Part shown: positions 1-12,764 of the stretch, piece after piece
Layout: every line of letters starts with the position of its first letter
How positions within the stretch are numbered: the stretch's first letter is position 1
Source: Takakia lepidozioides
Lineage: Eukaryota; Plantae; Bryophyta
NCBI GenBank assembly: GCA_030704615.1
Contig: CM060731.1
Location: 78,740,001 to 78,804,000, forward strand
DNA: 64,000 nt
Direction of reading: 5' to 3'
The notes under the pieces: model-generated
What the model saw: the letters and a program-made list of their open reading frames with translations, nothing else
Database searches by the model: none
Told to the model about the DNA's origin: nothing
Translations under genes and position numbers: made by a program

Positions 1-235
1 GCACATAAAGGGACAACCAACTTCATCACATCAATATGCATGCTGCATATTCTAATCTTGCCCCACCACAACTTTTGAAAAATTAATCTCTTTCAAAGTA
101 ACCATGCCATGAGGCAACAAGCACATGGCTCATGGGAGCCCAACAAGGGAAGGGAAAGAAGAAGCCATACAAGTCTCCCGGTCTCTTGCACTATGATGGA
201 ATTGGAACATGTTCCAAAACAAAAGAACAGATTGT

Positions 236-1210
236 CTAGACTTTTGCACCAAAACTAAGACGGCCAACCAAACCCACATCGTACATCCCTCTTCGTAATT
301 CAGGTGGAAATCCAGTGGACGTCCATGTGTGTTGCTTCATGTCATATATCACAATTACTTCAGTGTGTCTGGTCCACATGAATAAGAGATTGTCATGGCT
401 CACCACTTGAAAATAGTACATGTTGGTGAAACTAGTTCCTGGATTCTCACTTCTTGCAATCTCAAGCCACTCTGCACTCGTTGCAGAACCTTTCAACTCC
501 CACACACAAATTGTTGGTGAGACGTGCATTTGATCGCGAGGCGGCCCAACCATCAACAGGCGCCCCTCACTCTCTACAAGTCGACTAAGACAACCGAGTT
601 CACCAACGTCAGGCATCCGTGTGCAGCAACTTTAGTCCACACACCCGTGCCAATGTCACAAGCCATCACATAGAGCAAAGAGAGTAGGGCCGCATATCAC
701 ACTTCCTGTTCAAAACGAAGAGGTCATTGAGGGCATGTTTCCAGTCTCGGTCCAACACTCGCATGTTGAGTCATAGATGTGCGTTCTCCAACGTAGTCGT
801 GGTTCGGCGTAATTGTATGACATCACAAGGACCTTGTATGCCCCCACGTACTTGTCCATCAACATGCAAAATAAGCCTCCGTCTGCAGCACAAACTATGA
901 ACATCAAATTATCCTTCAAGGGGAGTTTGAGGCCGATCTTGTGCCACCGTCGAGTTGTGGGGGCATACCACGTACAAACATCTTGGAGTATCCATCCTGG
1001 CAGTATCTGCCTAAAAACAAGAGATAGGAGTGTTGGTGAAGAGGGAGGTGCTGACAGAGTTGTTGGAAAGCAGCAGTGGATGGGAGGGAGTTCCACAACT
1101 TGCACAGCGACTTAAAGCGGACAAGACTTGGATATGGCAAACAGGCCAACACTACCATCACTAACTCGAAAGGGAGCCTGCTCCATATCTCCTCCTCTAT
1201 ATTGACCACC
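236..1210 (-). pseudogene. F-box/kelch-type (beta-propeller) protein pseudogene, copy A
   Basis: F-box motif EEEIWSRLPFELVMVVLACLPYPSLVRFKSLCKLWNSL in ORF 916-1302. The propeller part (CAADGGLFC, YDSTCECWTETG, LVESEGRLLMVG, WLEIAR) is split over ORFs 710-1105 and 236-616 by frameshifts. Confidence 0.85.
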
Positions 1211-1524
1211 CACAAAACCTCTCTAATCCGTTCTTGTGATCGTAACACGGAGCTTGGGACAAGAGACGTGTAGGGAAGGTATGAACCAGTGAAGCACCGC
1301 AAGTGTTCCTTGCCCCGAGTGAAGAATTTTCAAAAGAACTTCTCTACGAACGTAAAGAAAGAGTCAGCCTATGAGAATTCATACCCATGAGCCCGACTAT
1401 TGTTGGTATCATTTCTGTGCTATCAAAAGAAAGCCTCGCTCTTGCTTTTGCTATTCTGGTACTTGAACCTTCTTTGCTCGCCATCCACTTCCCTTTAACT
1501 ATTTCCAGCCGTGCTTTTTGTTGT

Positions 1525-1940
1525 GGTCTGTACGTCTGTACATAGAAACCCTAAAAATCCTTGAAAAATCCTGCCATGTGCGAGAAATTGGGGAGGGAGA
1601 TGGCAGAGCGCGCTGGATGCGCCACTCTTGTGATTCCTCCTTTCTTGGTCGGTCTTCAACAGTATCAAGGGATGGAAAAGGGGTGGTCATGTTGCAGACC
1701 CATTTCATCTCCAGTGCTGGTTGCAGTCCACAAGGCGCTGCCAGCGCAGGCGCGGGAAAGCCTAGTATCACGAACTCTCCATCCAGAGCTGTCTACAACT
1801 ACTCGGGTTCAAAGCATGTATCCTTTGTCTGCCTGTGGGACTGGTGGTATTATCCACTATAACTGAATTGAAGTGTAGAAAAGTTGAGTACAAAGTGGGA
1901 TTGTGCACAGTGGACCTTGAGCAAAGATGCCAGCGCAGAA
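1525..1940 (-). pseudogene. Truncated 5' fragment of the same F-box family, copy B
   Basis: Reverse complement aligns by eye with 12765-13195 (shared ggcatctttgctcaaggtcc, gtagttgtagacagctct and the FRVSMYR motif). Confidence 0.7.
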
Positions 1941-3029
1941 GCGGAATCAAATAGTGCAGAACAGTAAGAACTCTCTTTATTGGCGGCTGTTAAATCTGTC
2001 ACTTGCTAGCTTGCATGAAAGATCAGGTGTTGGGGATTCCTTCATATTACATAAAGGAAACAAAGTAAGAAAGATGAGAAGTAAAGGTGATGAGTACCAA
2101 CAGCTTGGAGGTCAACAAAGAATGAACCACATGAATAATTTACATTTCCCCACATCAGTGGTCTTAGCTATACTGATGCCACAATAATAATAACAAGGAG
2201 AAGTAATGTAGTTCATGATCCTGAAATGAAAAAGAAATCTGACAGTACTAAGGTATGTGACCGAGGAGAGTTCATGGTGGTTCAGTACCATCTTTTGGCA
2301 GACGTCTGAAATTGATAAAGGGTGCCAACAGCAACAAAGAGCATTGACCACACATAACCCACTCACAAAAACTTAGGGTGTTTCCATCAACTGTACAGTT
2401 AATTACTGCACCATCATGAGTTACCCTGATGGAATGCTGCCTGCGAGATGACTCAAACTCTACTGTAGAGCCCATAGCTTTGAAGACTACTGAATGGAGT
2501 CTACCTAGCTCAGCAAGTGCAACAGATCGGCAGTCCCCAGAAAAGATTGTTAGTCTCCAAAAAGTACATAGAAAACAACTCAACACTACACTGCTCCAAT
2601 ACAACTTTAAAGTGGAGACTGCCAAGGGAAGGTTTGCAGAAAATTCCTCAGGTTCGTAGCTAGCTATGAACATGGTCTGATGACGGCTTGTGCCAAGTAG
2701 TGAGATAAGATGGATGGAAGAGATTAAGGGCCTGACATTGCAAGACTTACCCCGGGAAAAAGAGGAAGACAAGTAGGAACTGAAAAATTGTCTCTGCTGC
2801 ACTCCTTTTATACCACCGCAAACGAAGATAGTGGTAAATAATCAACTGCACATACACAATCCCACATCCCTAGTTAGCCTCACCCTCCCACTAAGTGACA
2901 CCACTACATTTGTGCACACAAGAGGGGGAGAAAGAAAGAAAGAGTAAGAAAAAGAGAGAGTTTATTTACTTCAAAAAAATATTCATTTGCCATCCCCTAT
3001 ATATACACAGCCTTTAAACCCTTATTTTG

Positions 3030-4835
3030 CTTCATGAAGGCGCCCTTGAGGTCCCAGTCTGTGCAAATACTTAACATCATCTATCCTGATGGGATTTCAG
3101 CCCACGAGTGTATACAAGACAACCTGAACTTGCAGTAGCACCCGTCAGATGTACACAGTGGAGGTGACTCACATACTAGAACCTATGAAGGTTGAGTCTA
3201 AGCTCTGCTGCTATAGTTCTCAAAGATGTGACAAATAATAGTTCTCTTTTACTTGAGACAGAAGAGGACAGAGAGATCAGCATTGAGCAAAGAGTGTCAT
3301 ACTGGGATAATAATCAAGTAGACAAGAATTGAGACTCCACTGGTGACATAGATGTCGATCCACTCTGCAGGACTAAACCTGGGCAACTCTTGTGGAATTT
3401 CTTTGCGCATGTATCTGGGCAACTCTTCTGCAAATGCTGGGCCATACACCTGCTCTGCTTCAACCGGTCAGTCATGCTCACAATTCTCTCTTCATGCCAT
3501 GAGGCCACCATGAGCACAATGGAATGTCATACTAAAAGATTGCCCCCCTCTTAATTCTTATCCATCTTTTCTCTATCTCGGTCTCTTATCCCTGAAGATA
3601 CAAAGCTGCAACAATTCACAACACCACCAACTCGCTGACATCACGTAGGCTGCAATGAACTTGCAAGTGTGTAACTCACATTCACAAAGAGGACCACCAA
3701 CCTGGATAAACAATGTGGTCAATCCCAGCAGCCTGTCCAACCTGCATCCTGAATCACTCTCCAGCTTTGCCTCTGTAGATGTTGATAATACTCTAGAAGC
3801 ATCCTGCCAATCCATTTAACCCCCCCACAACTACAAATTCACCCTCAAATGGACAGAGATCACAGACTTCTTCATGCAATGTGATATTGAGGAACCATGG
3901 GTGGTCAGCTCAGAAGGAGTTGCGGCACTTGCTCATCAGCGATGTATCCTTCAGAAAGGTCAACATTACCTTACAGGCAAAGGTTTCTTTCAGCATTGTC
4001 TTAAGGACAGCCTTTCTGGCAGCTAATTCCCAGTTCCTATAATAGCTTCACCTACCTGAAACTGCCAGCATTTGACAATTACTTGCATCATTACGTTTTT
4101 CCACGAGTCATGATTCCGAGCTGCACTACACAGCTTCACCATCTCCTAAACCATAATATCTGGGCGAATTCCCTCCGTTCTACCACAAAAGAAAAGTAGG
4201 TATGCAGGTGGAATCGCCCAAATCACATTCCAGTGCTGCTGGTATATGCTATTCTCGACATGTAAGCATCCGGAAAAATCATCCCTTTCGGAATTCCCGC
4301 TTCAATTGCATCATGAAGGAGAGGAAAAGGAGCACAATGGCGCTGCTTCCTCCCTGCCTAACAATTTCTCATGTGTTTTGATAGACCTTTCTCTAAGACA
4401 ATTTCACATCACCGATGCCCAATATGCATTCGAGCTGCCACGGATTCCTTCTTCCAGTGATTAACTCAAGCCACTCGCTGAGAATCTGTCTTCTCTCTGG
4501 GCGGCGAAATTTGTCATCACAATGCTAGCAAAGCGCAGTCCGTCTCTCCCAGCTCTCCGCCCCTCAGGCTGCCTCTCTTTCCATTCCTCCCTATCTGTCG
4601 AATGCACTGAAATAACACATGCATGACGTACCTGACACGGGATGCCTGTGTTAGAAGTGCTACACTTGATATGGGCAATCAAGGATGGTCTCAAAAGCGT
4701 TGGCTGTCTGCCTTGTGACTGTCTCCGTAGATATGGAGCATTGCAAGCTTTCATAGAAAGAGAAGGAACGCTCCATCCTTGGTTGGTTGGTTGGCACCAT
4801 AATCGGCTGCCAGCCTTCGCCATCATCGTTGCCAT
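3030..4835 (-). pseudogene. Unidentified multi-exon gene remnant with a transit-peptide-like N-terminus
   Basis: ATG at 4835 (MATMMAKAGSRLW..., Ser/Arg-rich) with a GT donor at 4631. AG/GT-bounded exon-like blocks follow (YYRNWELAARKAVLKTMLKETFACK; DASRVLSTSTEAKLESDSGCR; IRDRDREKMDKN*EGGNLLV*HSIVLMVASWHEER), some with in-frame stops. Family not recognised; boundaries approximate. Confidence 0.4.
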
Positions 4836-6028
4836 TGTAAGCGAAAACGCACGAGGCAAGGGAGAGAGACGGTCTGAGGATAAGGGAACGAAAAAGATAT
4901 CAACGAACGAAGTACACCTTCGTTTGCAGATGGGTCCTACCTTCAAAGTTTTCCCGGTATGCTACTGTTCCTACATCTCATCAGGCATCTGGGAGAGTTG
5001 TAAGCTCTGAAGCCGCTGCCCACCCTGCGGAGCCTCTGCGGAAAGCTTCAAGTAGTTGTGAGCTGTAGGCACTTTGCATTTTCCGAACTGCCTTGCGTGT
5101 AGAATTTTTCCCAACAGTTTCAAGTTAACTGCGCGGAAGTGGAAACCACTGGAGGAGGAAGAGGTTTGTCGACAGGAGGATGGAGGCCAACTGGGAGTGG
5201 AGAACGATCAGTGACAAAATCCGCCCTTCGTTATATTCAGCAAGGAAATGGGCAAAACAGTGCACCGCCTTATTGGCCGTGCGGGCCGTAACATGGAGAT
5301 CGAGCGATTGGGCAGTGGGAAACTGCTGGTGAAATCCAGCCCTACTATGTCACAGACTGATATTAAAACGGGTATTCCGAGCTGGTAAGCGTACCAGTTG
5401 TCATGCAAGACAATCCTTAGAGCAGCTGGGTGTCTTTCCTTTGTTATCTCCCGTTACTATGAATTGATTTCTGTAGGCAGAAGAGAAATTACCGGAAATT
5501 TCTTAGTTAATAGTGTGCACAGATCGTGATTTTCTTGGGTGGATCCATGGATTTTGCTGTGGTGGCAGGTATGGAGTGTGGGTGCAGCTCTCTCCCAGTG
5601 GATCAGATTTCAAGCACAAGTTTACCAAAGAGGCACTGGTGATTGATAGCTACAAGAAACGTGTGTGGAGATTTCGTCAACTTGAGAAGCTGGACGCAAG
5701 CGGGCCAAAGTCTGCTGCGAGTGGGGTTGGAGGTGGATCATTGGCGCGCTGCCAGTATGACGGTCCCTCCCCTTCCACGGATTCAGACCTCCTTCCGACT
5801 TCCGATCTCTCTCTCTGGCGTGTATGTGGTGTTCTGCTACGTACTCTCATTGAAAATGTGCATGAGGGGAGGCAGTGAGCACTCTATTGCCTAACCAAAA
5901 GAGGAGTGTTCTTTAACGAAATAATAGCTACTTCTCTCTCCTTAGACATAATTTGGTATAAAACTTGTGGTTGGAGGGGTGCATTGGAGGTTACACAACA
6001 GGGGAGTTTTACACAAATGTGATGCAGG

Positions 6029-8248
6029 ATGGGAGGTTTGAATCGGGCGCAGTTGTTTGAATCAGGCACCTCAACCGTGGCCACTGCTTTTAAGAGAGGA
6101 CCAAGAGAAGAAGTCATAAAAAACTCTTCTGGCATTGGGGATGTAAGGACACTATGTGAGGCAGGAAAACTGAAAGAGGCCCTGCACGTTTTGAACAAAG
6201 GAGGCATTGCAGCGGACTCCAATACTTATGTCTGCATCTTACAGGAGTGCATCAAGATGAAGGCCCTAGCAGAGGGACAGCAGGTGCACTCCCACATTAT
6301 TGAGAGTGGATTCCAGCCAAACATTCTAGTACTGAACACACTTGTCAACATGTATGCCAAGTGTGGAAGTGTGGTGGATGCACGCCTAGTCTTTGACAAA
6401 ATGGTTAAACGAGATCAGTTTACATGGAATATTATGATAGCAGGGTATGCCAAGAATGGGGGTGGTAGGGAGGCTGTCAAGACATATGAGCAAATGCGAC
6501 GAAGAGGTGTGAGGCCAGACAGGGTCACATTCATTTGCGTTCTGAATGGGTGTGCCAGCCTAGGAGCCCTGGGAAAGGGCAAGGAGGTCCATGCTGACAT
6601 CATTAAAGCTGGAATTGCGTCGGATACCATTCTGGAGACTGCCCTTATAGCCATGTACGCCAAGTCTGGGAGTGTAAGGGATGCACATCTAGTATTTGAC
6701 AGTATGGCTCAACATGATGTGGTCTCATGGAATGCAATGATTGCAGGATATGCCCAGCATAGGTGTGGTATAGAGGCTTTTGAGATGTAGGAGCAAATGA
6801 TACGGGACGGGATGATACCCAACAAGGTCACATTCATTTGCACTCTCAATGCTTGTGCCTGCCTGGCAGCTCTGGAAAAAGGCAGAAAGGTACATGCTGA
6901 CATGATTAAATTTGGGCTTTTGCAAGATGTCATTCTGTATACTGCCCTTGTTGACATGTATGCTAAATGCGGGAGCATGAAAGATGCATGTCAAGTGTTC
7001 CACAAGATGGATGAACGAAATGTGGTCTCATGGAACAAGATGATTGCAGGATATGCTCAGAACCGGGTTTGGTAGAGAGGCTCTCAATGTCTATAGGAAA
7101 ATGATACAAGAAGGAGTAATGCCTGACAAGGTCATTTTCATTGGTGTTCTCAATGCTTGTGCCAGCCTGGCAGCCCTGGAAAAGGGCAAGGAGGTCCATG
7201 GTGACATCATCAGAGCAAAAATTCCGCAAGATCTTTTTCTGGAGACGGCTGTTGTTGATATGTACGCCAAATGTGGGAGCATGAAGGATGCGCTTCACAT
7301 GTTTGGCAACATGGCTGAACGAAATGTGGTGACATGGAATGCAATGATGGCAGGATTTGCTCAGCATGGGTGTGGTAGAGAGGCCCTCCAACTATTTGAA
7401 CAAATGAAAGAGGAAGGCTTGACACCAAACGGTATCTCCTTCATATGTGTTCTCTCTGCATGTAGTCATGTGGGCCTAGTGGATGAAGGCCATAGGTACT
7501 TTGATTCCATGAGTCGTGATCATGGCCTCACCCTACGTGGGAGCCTTTTGGATGTATGGGAGACCTTCTTGGTCGCGCAGGACGATTGGATGAGGCAGAG
7601 GACTTCATCAACAAAATGCCAATCGAACCAGCTGCTGCAGTGTGGGGGGGCTTGCTTGGTGCCTGTAGAATCCATGGTAATGTGGAGCTAGCAGAACGTG
7701 CTGCAAAATGCCTTCTCAGGTGTGATCCAGAGGATGCTGGAACTTATGGGCTGCTATCAAACATCTATGCTGCAGCTGGGAGGTGGGAGGATGCAGCAAG
7801 GGTGAGAAGAAGGATGGAGGATAGAGGTGTCAGAAAGGTAACGGGGCACTGCTGCCTTGAGGTGGACAGCCAGGTGCATACATTCATTGTAGATGACAAT
7901 TTGCATCCACAAATTGAGGATATCCGTGCTGAGCTTAAGAGATTGTCAGGGCAGATGACGGAGGTGGGGGTAGTGCCTGACACCCAGTATGTATTGCATG
8001 AGGTGGAGGAGGAGCAGAAGTTATTCTCTCTTTGCCACCACAGTGAGAAGCTGGCCATTGCTTTTGGGATGATCAGCACGCCCCCTGGGTCGTCTCTTCA
8101 TATCATCAAGAACCTCCGGGTGTGTGGTGACTGCCACACAGCCACCAAGGTCATCTCAAAAATTGTTAGCCGAGCCATTGTTGTGCGGGATTCCAACCGC
8201 TTTCACCACTTTCAAGACGGAGTTTGCTCTTGTGGTGATTATTGGTGA
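6029..8248 (+). pseudogene. PLS-class PPR protein with E and DYW deaminase domains (organellar C-to-U editing factor type), disrupted
   Basis: Repeated LVNMYAKCGS / VVSWNAMIAGYA / PDRVTFICVLN motifs, plus HSEKLA, CGDCH and terminal DYW. Disabled by TAG at 6788-6790, a +1 indel near 7063 and a -1 indel near 7531. A degenerate N-terminus may extend to ~5571. Confidence 0.9.
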
Positions 8249-8619
8249 ACTGATAACCTCCATGAACAAAAGTGGATCACTTCAAATATGAGGGTGGAAA
8301 GCTGATAGTTTAGCTTCATTTTGCAGTGGACGAAAATGATCTCTGATTGAGTCAAAACTGCACTTTGTGAGCTGCCTATGGTGATGGTCCATTTGAGAGA
8401 TCATCCAAAAGCAGCTGGGAGTCCCAGAAGAAACTTATTGGTGACGCACGAAGAGAGTCTCCCTTTTGGGTCTCTAAGCAGTTTCTGTTGGAGCCTGGCT
8501 GCATGTTATCAGTGACCCTAACCCTGCTAAAAGTATGGCCATGTAGGTTGGAAAGTTCACTTCATGGTTGTCTAAATGAAAACCTGGCAGAAGGTTTTCT
8601 CAGGATGACTGATCCCTGG

Positions 8620-9370
8620 TAGGCTACGGAAGTCCTGCAGCAAGTTTGAAGAGGTGTGAGCATCTCTCCCCTTCATGTGGAAAGGCCAGACAGAGGTTTA
8701 TGCATTGTGTGCAATCCTCTGTTGAACAGTTCCAGACAATTGCATGCCCTGCCTCACAAAAATTCAGAACATGTGGAGATAGATGGTTGAATGGATTGTG
8801 GATCGATTGCAGCAACACCTACAAGGTCCTTGTCATATCGTATTGGAGCTGCGACAGGAAGAGGCGTTGGAGAACAGACATGTACGACTCAGTTTGCAAG
8901 TGTTGGACCGAAACTGGAACGAGGAGAAAGATGGCCCAGAAGGTGTTGCGCATTGGTCAGGAAGTGTGATATGTGGGCCTACTCTCTTTGCTCTATTCTC
9001 TGGAGAGAAAGGCTACATTCTCAGCTACATTATGATGGCTTGTGACATTGGCACGGGGGTGTGGACTAAAGGTGCTGCACGGATGCCTGACGACTTTGGT
9101 GGACTGTATTGAATGTCGACTTGTAGAGAGTGAGGGGCGCTGTTGATGGTTGGGCGGTCTCGGCCCTCGCGATCAAATGCAAGTCTCACAACAAATTTGT
9201 GTTGTGGAGTTGAAAGGTTCTACAACGAGTGCAGAGTGGCTGGACTTGCAAGAAATAGATGGGATACCAGCTACAAGTTGAAGGTGGTGAGCCATGACAA
9301 TCTCATATTCTTGTGGAACGGAAGTATCGTTTTGATGTATGACATGAAGCAACACACGTGGACACCCTGA
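8620..9370 (+). pseudogene. F-box/kelch-type pseudogene, copy C (propeller part only, ends at a Copia fragment)
   Basis: TYKVLVISYW...RRWRTDMYDS, MACDIGTGVWTK and VSHDNLIFLW...YDMKQHTWT in shifted frames; closely similar to copies A and D. Confidence 0.8.
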
Positions 9371-9384
9371 CAAGATTTTCACAG

Positions 9385-9568
9385 GGTGTTCACATATTGC
9401 TGGAATTGACTGCGATGAGACATTTAAACCCGTTGTCAAGTTTGATTCCATTCGAGTCATCCTAGCTATAGCTGTAGCGGAAGACATGGAGTCTCGGTTG
9501 GTTGATGTGAGAATGCCTTCCTTAATGGAGATCTTCACGAGGAGATTTACATAGAGCAGCCGCAAGGC
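9385..9568 (+). mobile_element. Ty1/Copia reverse transcriptase N-terminal fragment
   Basis: Translates as GIDCDETFKPVVKFDSIRVILAIAVAEDME...DV/NAFLNGDLHEEIYIEQPQG, the canonical Copia RT start. Confidence 0.8.
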
Positions 9569-9707
9569 CAGGATACACTAATCTTGCTGAAATTGTCGAG
9601 ATGTCCGATTGCTGTATCCCGAATTATTTCTACACTGCCACCTCATCGAATCAAGATGTCGATGCACTCCCACTCATCGAATCAACCATTACAGAATCAC
9701 AAGTAGT

Positions 9708-10677
9708 TTACTTGTTAAACTTCTCAACAGCTAGAGCCTTTGTAAGAAAATCTGCCACTTGCTCATGTGTGCTAACGTACTTGATGTCAATGACCTTCTC
9801 TACTTGCTTCTCTCGAGTGTAGTAATACCGGACATCGATATGTTTGGTGCGCTTATGAAACTCCGGATTATGTACCAATCTTATGCAGCCCATATTATCG
9901 CTACACAGAGCTGTTGCCTTTCCCTGCCCATACATATTCAGCCTCAGTTGTGGAAGTTGATGTGCATTGTTGGCTGGTCCACCCTATCGCCCCACCATTT
10001 AGGATGAAAACATATCCACTTCTGGATTTTCTAGTATCCAGATCCCCTGCATAGTCACAGTCACAAAATCCGAGAAGATGATTTGAAGAATCACTTCCGC
10101 TGAAGTACAGACCATAGTGCATGGTACCTTTGAGATACTTGAACACACGCTTGAAAGCCTGGCACTAAATTTTGCCACAATGCTCACGACATATCCAATA
10201 TCAAGCCGAGTGTCTATCATGGCAAACATGAGGCTTCCAACTTCACGCTCTCCACTTCATCCGAGACATCCTCATTAGGATCCAAGGAAGGTCTTAACTG
10301 GGAATTAGGGTCTGCAGGAACGGACACGTGGCAGGCATCTTGCAAGCCAAACCACTCGTTCCCTGAGAAAAATCCTATAGAGGTCTGTCCCGAGTGATTT
10401 GAAGTCAAACATAACAATCTGCCTCACTGTATGTAACCTCAAAAGGCTTACTGAGGTAATCCGCATACCAGTCCATCTACAAAAATGGTTGTGATAATCT
10501 TAGATCCCCTTGAGCTGTAATAAACACAAGGATCTGCCGAGGTAGGTTGGAGCTCATATCTCACCAAGAACTCATGAAAACTGTTACTTGGAGTTCCACG
10601 CCCTTGATGTCTGCTTCAGCCCGTAAAGACTTTTTTCTTAGGATACAAACCACATTTTCTCGGCCCTTCTCCACCCC
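9708..10677 (-). mobile_element. Ty1/Copia RT C-terminal half and RNase H, degenerate
   Basis: VCILRKSLYGLKQTSRAWN, KYLKGTMHYGL, CDYAGDLDTRKSRSGYVF, STTEAEY, HKRTKHIDVRYY, QVADFLTKAL. Confidence 0.9.
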
Positions 10678-12284
10678 TTAGACTAGTGACTGTGACTTCC
10701 AGATAGCAGTGACTAGTGACTTTATCCTTTCTTGGTAGATAGACTTCTTGGTTTGTGAACTCGTTTTTACACCGTGCCTAGTAGGACTTAGTGATATACT
10801 TGCGGGTGCTCTCTCTCTCACCAGCTTTTACGATTGTAGTCAGATCCATCTCGTTTTCATATTCTCTAACATTTGGTTTAAACACTGCAACAGCTTTGCT
10901 CTGCATTATGAGTTATTCCCTTACAGTTGCAGAAATGTACACTTACTCATCATAGTTTTCAACACCTGTACCATGGATAACGGGGACGTTTGTAGGAAGC
11001 TGAGGCGACTCACAAGCAACGAAGCTATTATGACGTTCAGGGACATCAAGCACTTTTGATGAAAGGTTAGCATCATTGATCCTAGAAGATTCAGCTACAA
11101 CCACCACTGGCATCTCCTTGAACAATGTTCTTGAGATTTAATGTCAACAGGAGTTACATGATCGAATTCCTTCTGAAAAGGCAGAAGACCAGCCTCTGAT
11201 CGAATCTCATTGGTGGTTTGAGAGGTACAAATATCAAAGCTAGGGCCACCAAGAGAATCGAAGCCTGAATCCTTCGTAGAGAAATTTTTAATAGAATCTG
11301 CTTCTTTGTCATCGTCAAGATTGGACAAACGTTGTCTGCTCTTTCTTTCTGTAGATACTTCTTTCTCGTCATCAGATCATACAGAGGTTGGTACGCAAAT
11401 GTCAAAGCGAAGAGAACAACGTCGTTGCGAAGCTGTCAGAGAAGAGAACAACGGGCGAGAGCAAATTGACAACCCTGAAAGTAGAGAACACAAAAAGCTC
11501 AAACGAGGAAAGAAAAGTGTGGAAATGTAAGAGAAAAACGTGGAAAGGAAAAAACCCGAGCGGTGCTTCACAAAATGGAAGGCCCCAGCCCGCGGGCGCC
11601 CGAAAATCGCGGACAGCCCGCGGGCTGGGGCCTTCCCTATCACGTCGGGCTCTAGGGACAGCTCCAAAGCATCTGACACAAGTACTGCTGCAGTTCATAA
11701 GGCACAACCAAGAAGGGACATTACTAGGGAGGTAAAAAGAATGGTACACCTTCATCTTTTCTATGGTAGACATCGATGAAAGCCAAAGAGATATTGTCAT
11801 TCCTAGATACCTTGGAGGAGTATTTTTGATGCGGAGGAACATTTCTACTACTGAGAGAGAAAGCTAAGTTGTGGTGGAGTGGGCACAAGCATGAACGTAG
11901 GGTTCAGAAAAAGAATCCAGTGATTTCGTCCCATGAAATCAGTGGACTCTTTCCCTGAACCCTGCACAGATTTTGCAGTACAGCAGATGCAGGATGTGCT
12001 CGATATGCAGAAGTCATGTGACATTGGCAAGCTCTAATAGGGCCTGTGAAGGTGGTGTAAGTTGCTTTTGTCATGATTGTGGTTGCAGGTTGATTGGATT
12101 TTATCGTGCAAGTATTGCACAGGACATTTATAACTTGTATAAAGTTGCAGTGATCCAACGCAAGTGTGCAACGTCAGAGGACTTCAGGAAACTTAACAAG
12201 CTTAGTGTGAGTTGCACGGGGAGCTGCCTGCTTGGATCCAGCAGAGTTCCACAAATGTTCTTCAAAACGATACAAGAGACACTG

Positions 12285-12490
12285 GGGCCCTCGTGCCTCC
12301 AGCTACATAACACCATACCACACTTCTAGTAATTAGAGCCAAAGAATTTCATTCCTGGCATCACGTCATACCTCTATCAAAACTATAAAGGAGACTTATA
12401 CTAGGGCCCTCGTTCCCTCCACCTGCACAACACCATACCACACTTTCAGTAATTAGAGCCAGAGAATTTCATTCCTGGCACCATGTGATA
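12285..12490 (+). repeat. Diverged tandem duplication (~120 bp period)
   Basis: gggccctcgt...aacaccataccacactt...agtaattagagcca.agaatttcattcctggca occurs at ~12285 and again at ~12405. Confidence 0.85.
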
Positions 12491-12764
12491 GAGATCACCT
12501 CGCTCCTTCATACATAGGAAACATACACTTCACACAGATTCACAAAGCCACTTGACTTTGTAATCTTAGGGGTTCCGCATGCTATATAAGTGGCACCGCT
12601 TCCACATTCCTAAGGTATACAGCCGTGCTCCGAAGTAATTGTGCAGCTTGTTCATTACGTTGCAAGTAAATCAAGCAAGCAAAGCTGACGGTACCTCCTC
12701 AGCTGTGGCATCCAGTAGAGCAACATAGGTGCTGCACTCTTTGATTAATCCTCTTCTGCGATGG

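Noticed and set aside
6788-6790. PPR stop codon rescued by RNA editing or readthrough
   Set aside because: Nuclear gene; the parallel repeat has TAT (Tyr) here, which U-to-C editing cannot restore, and two frameshifts follow.
11700-12260. Possible exon fragments (LIGFYRASIAQDIYNLYK...)
   Set aside because: No recognisable motif or consistent frame.
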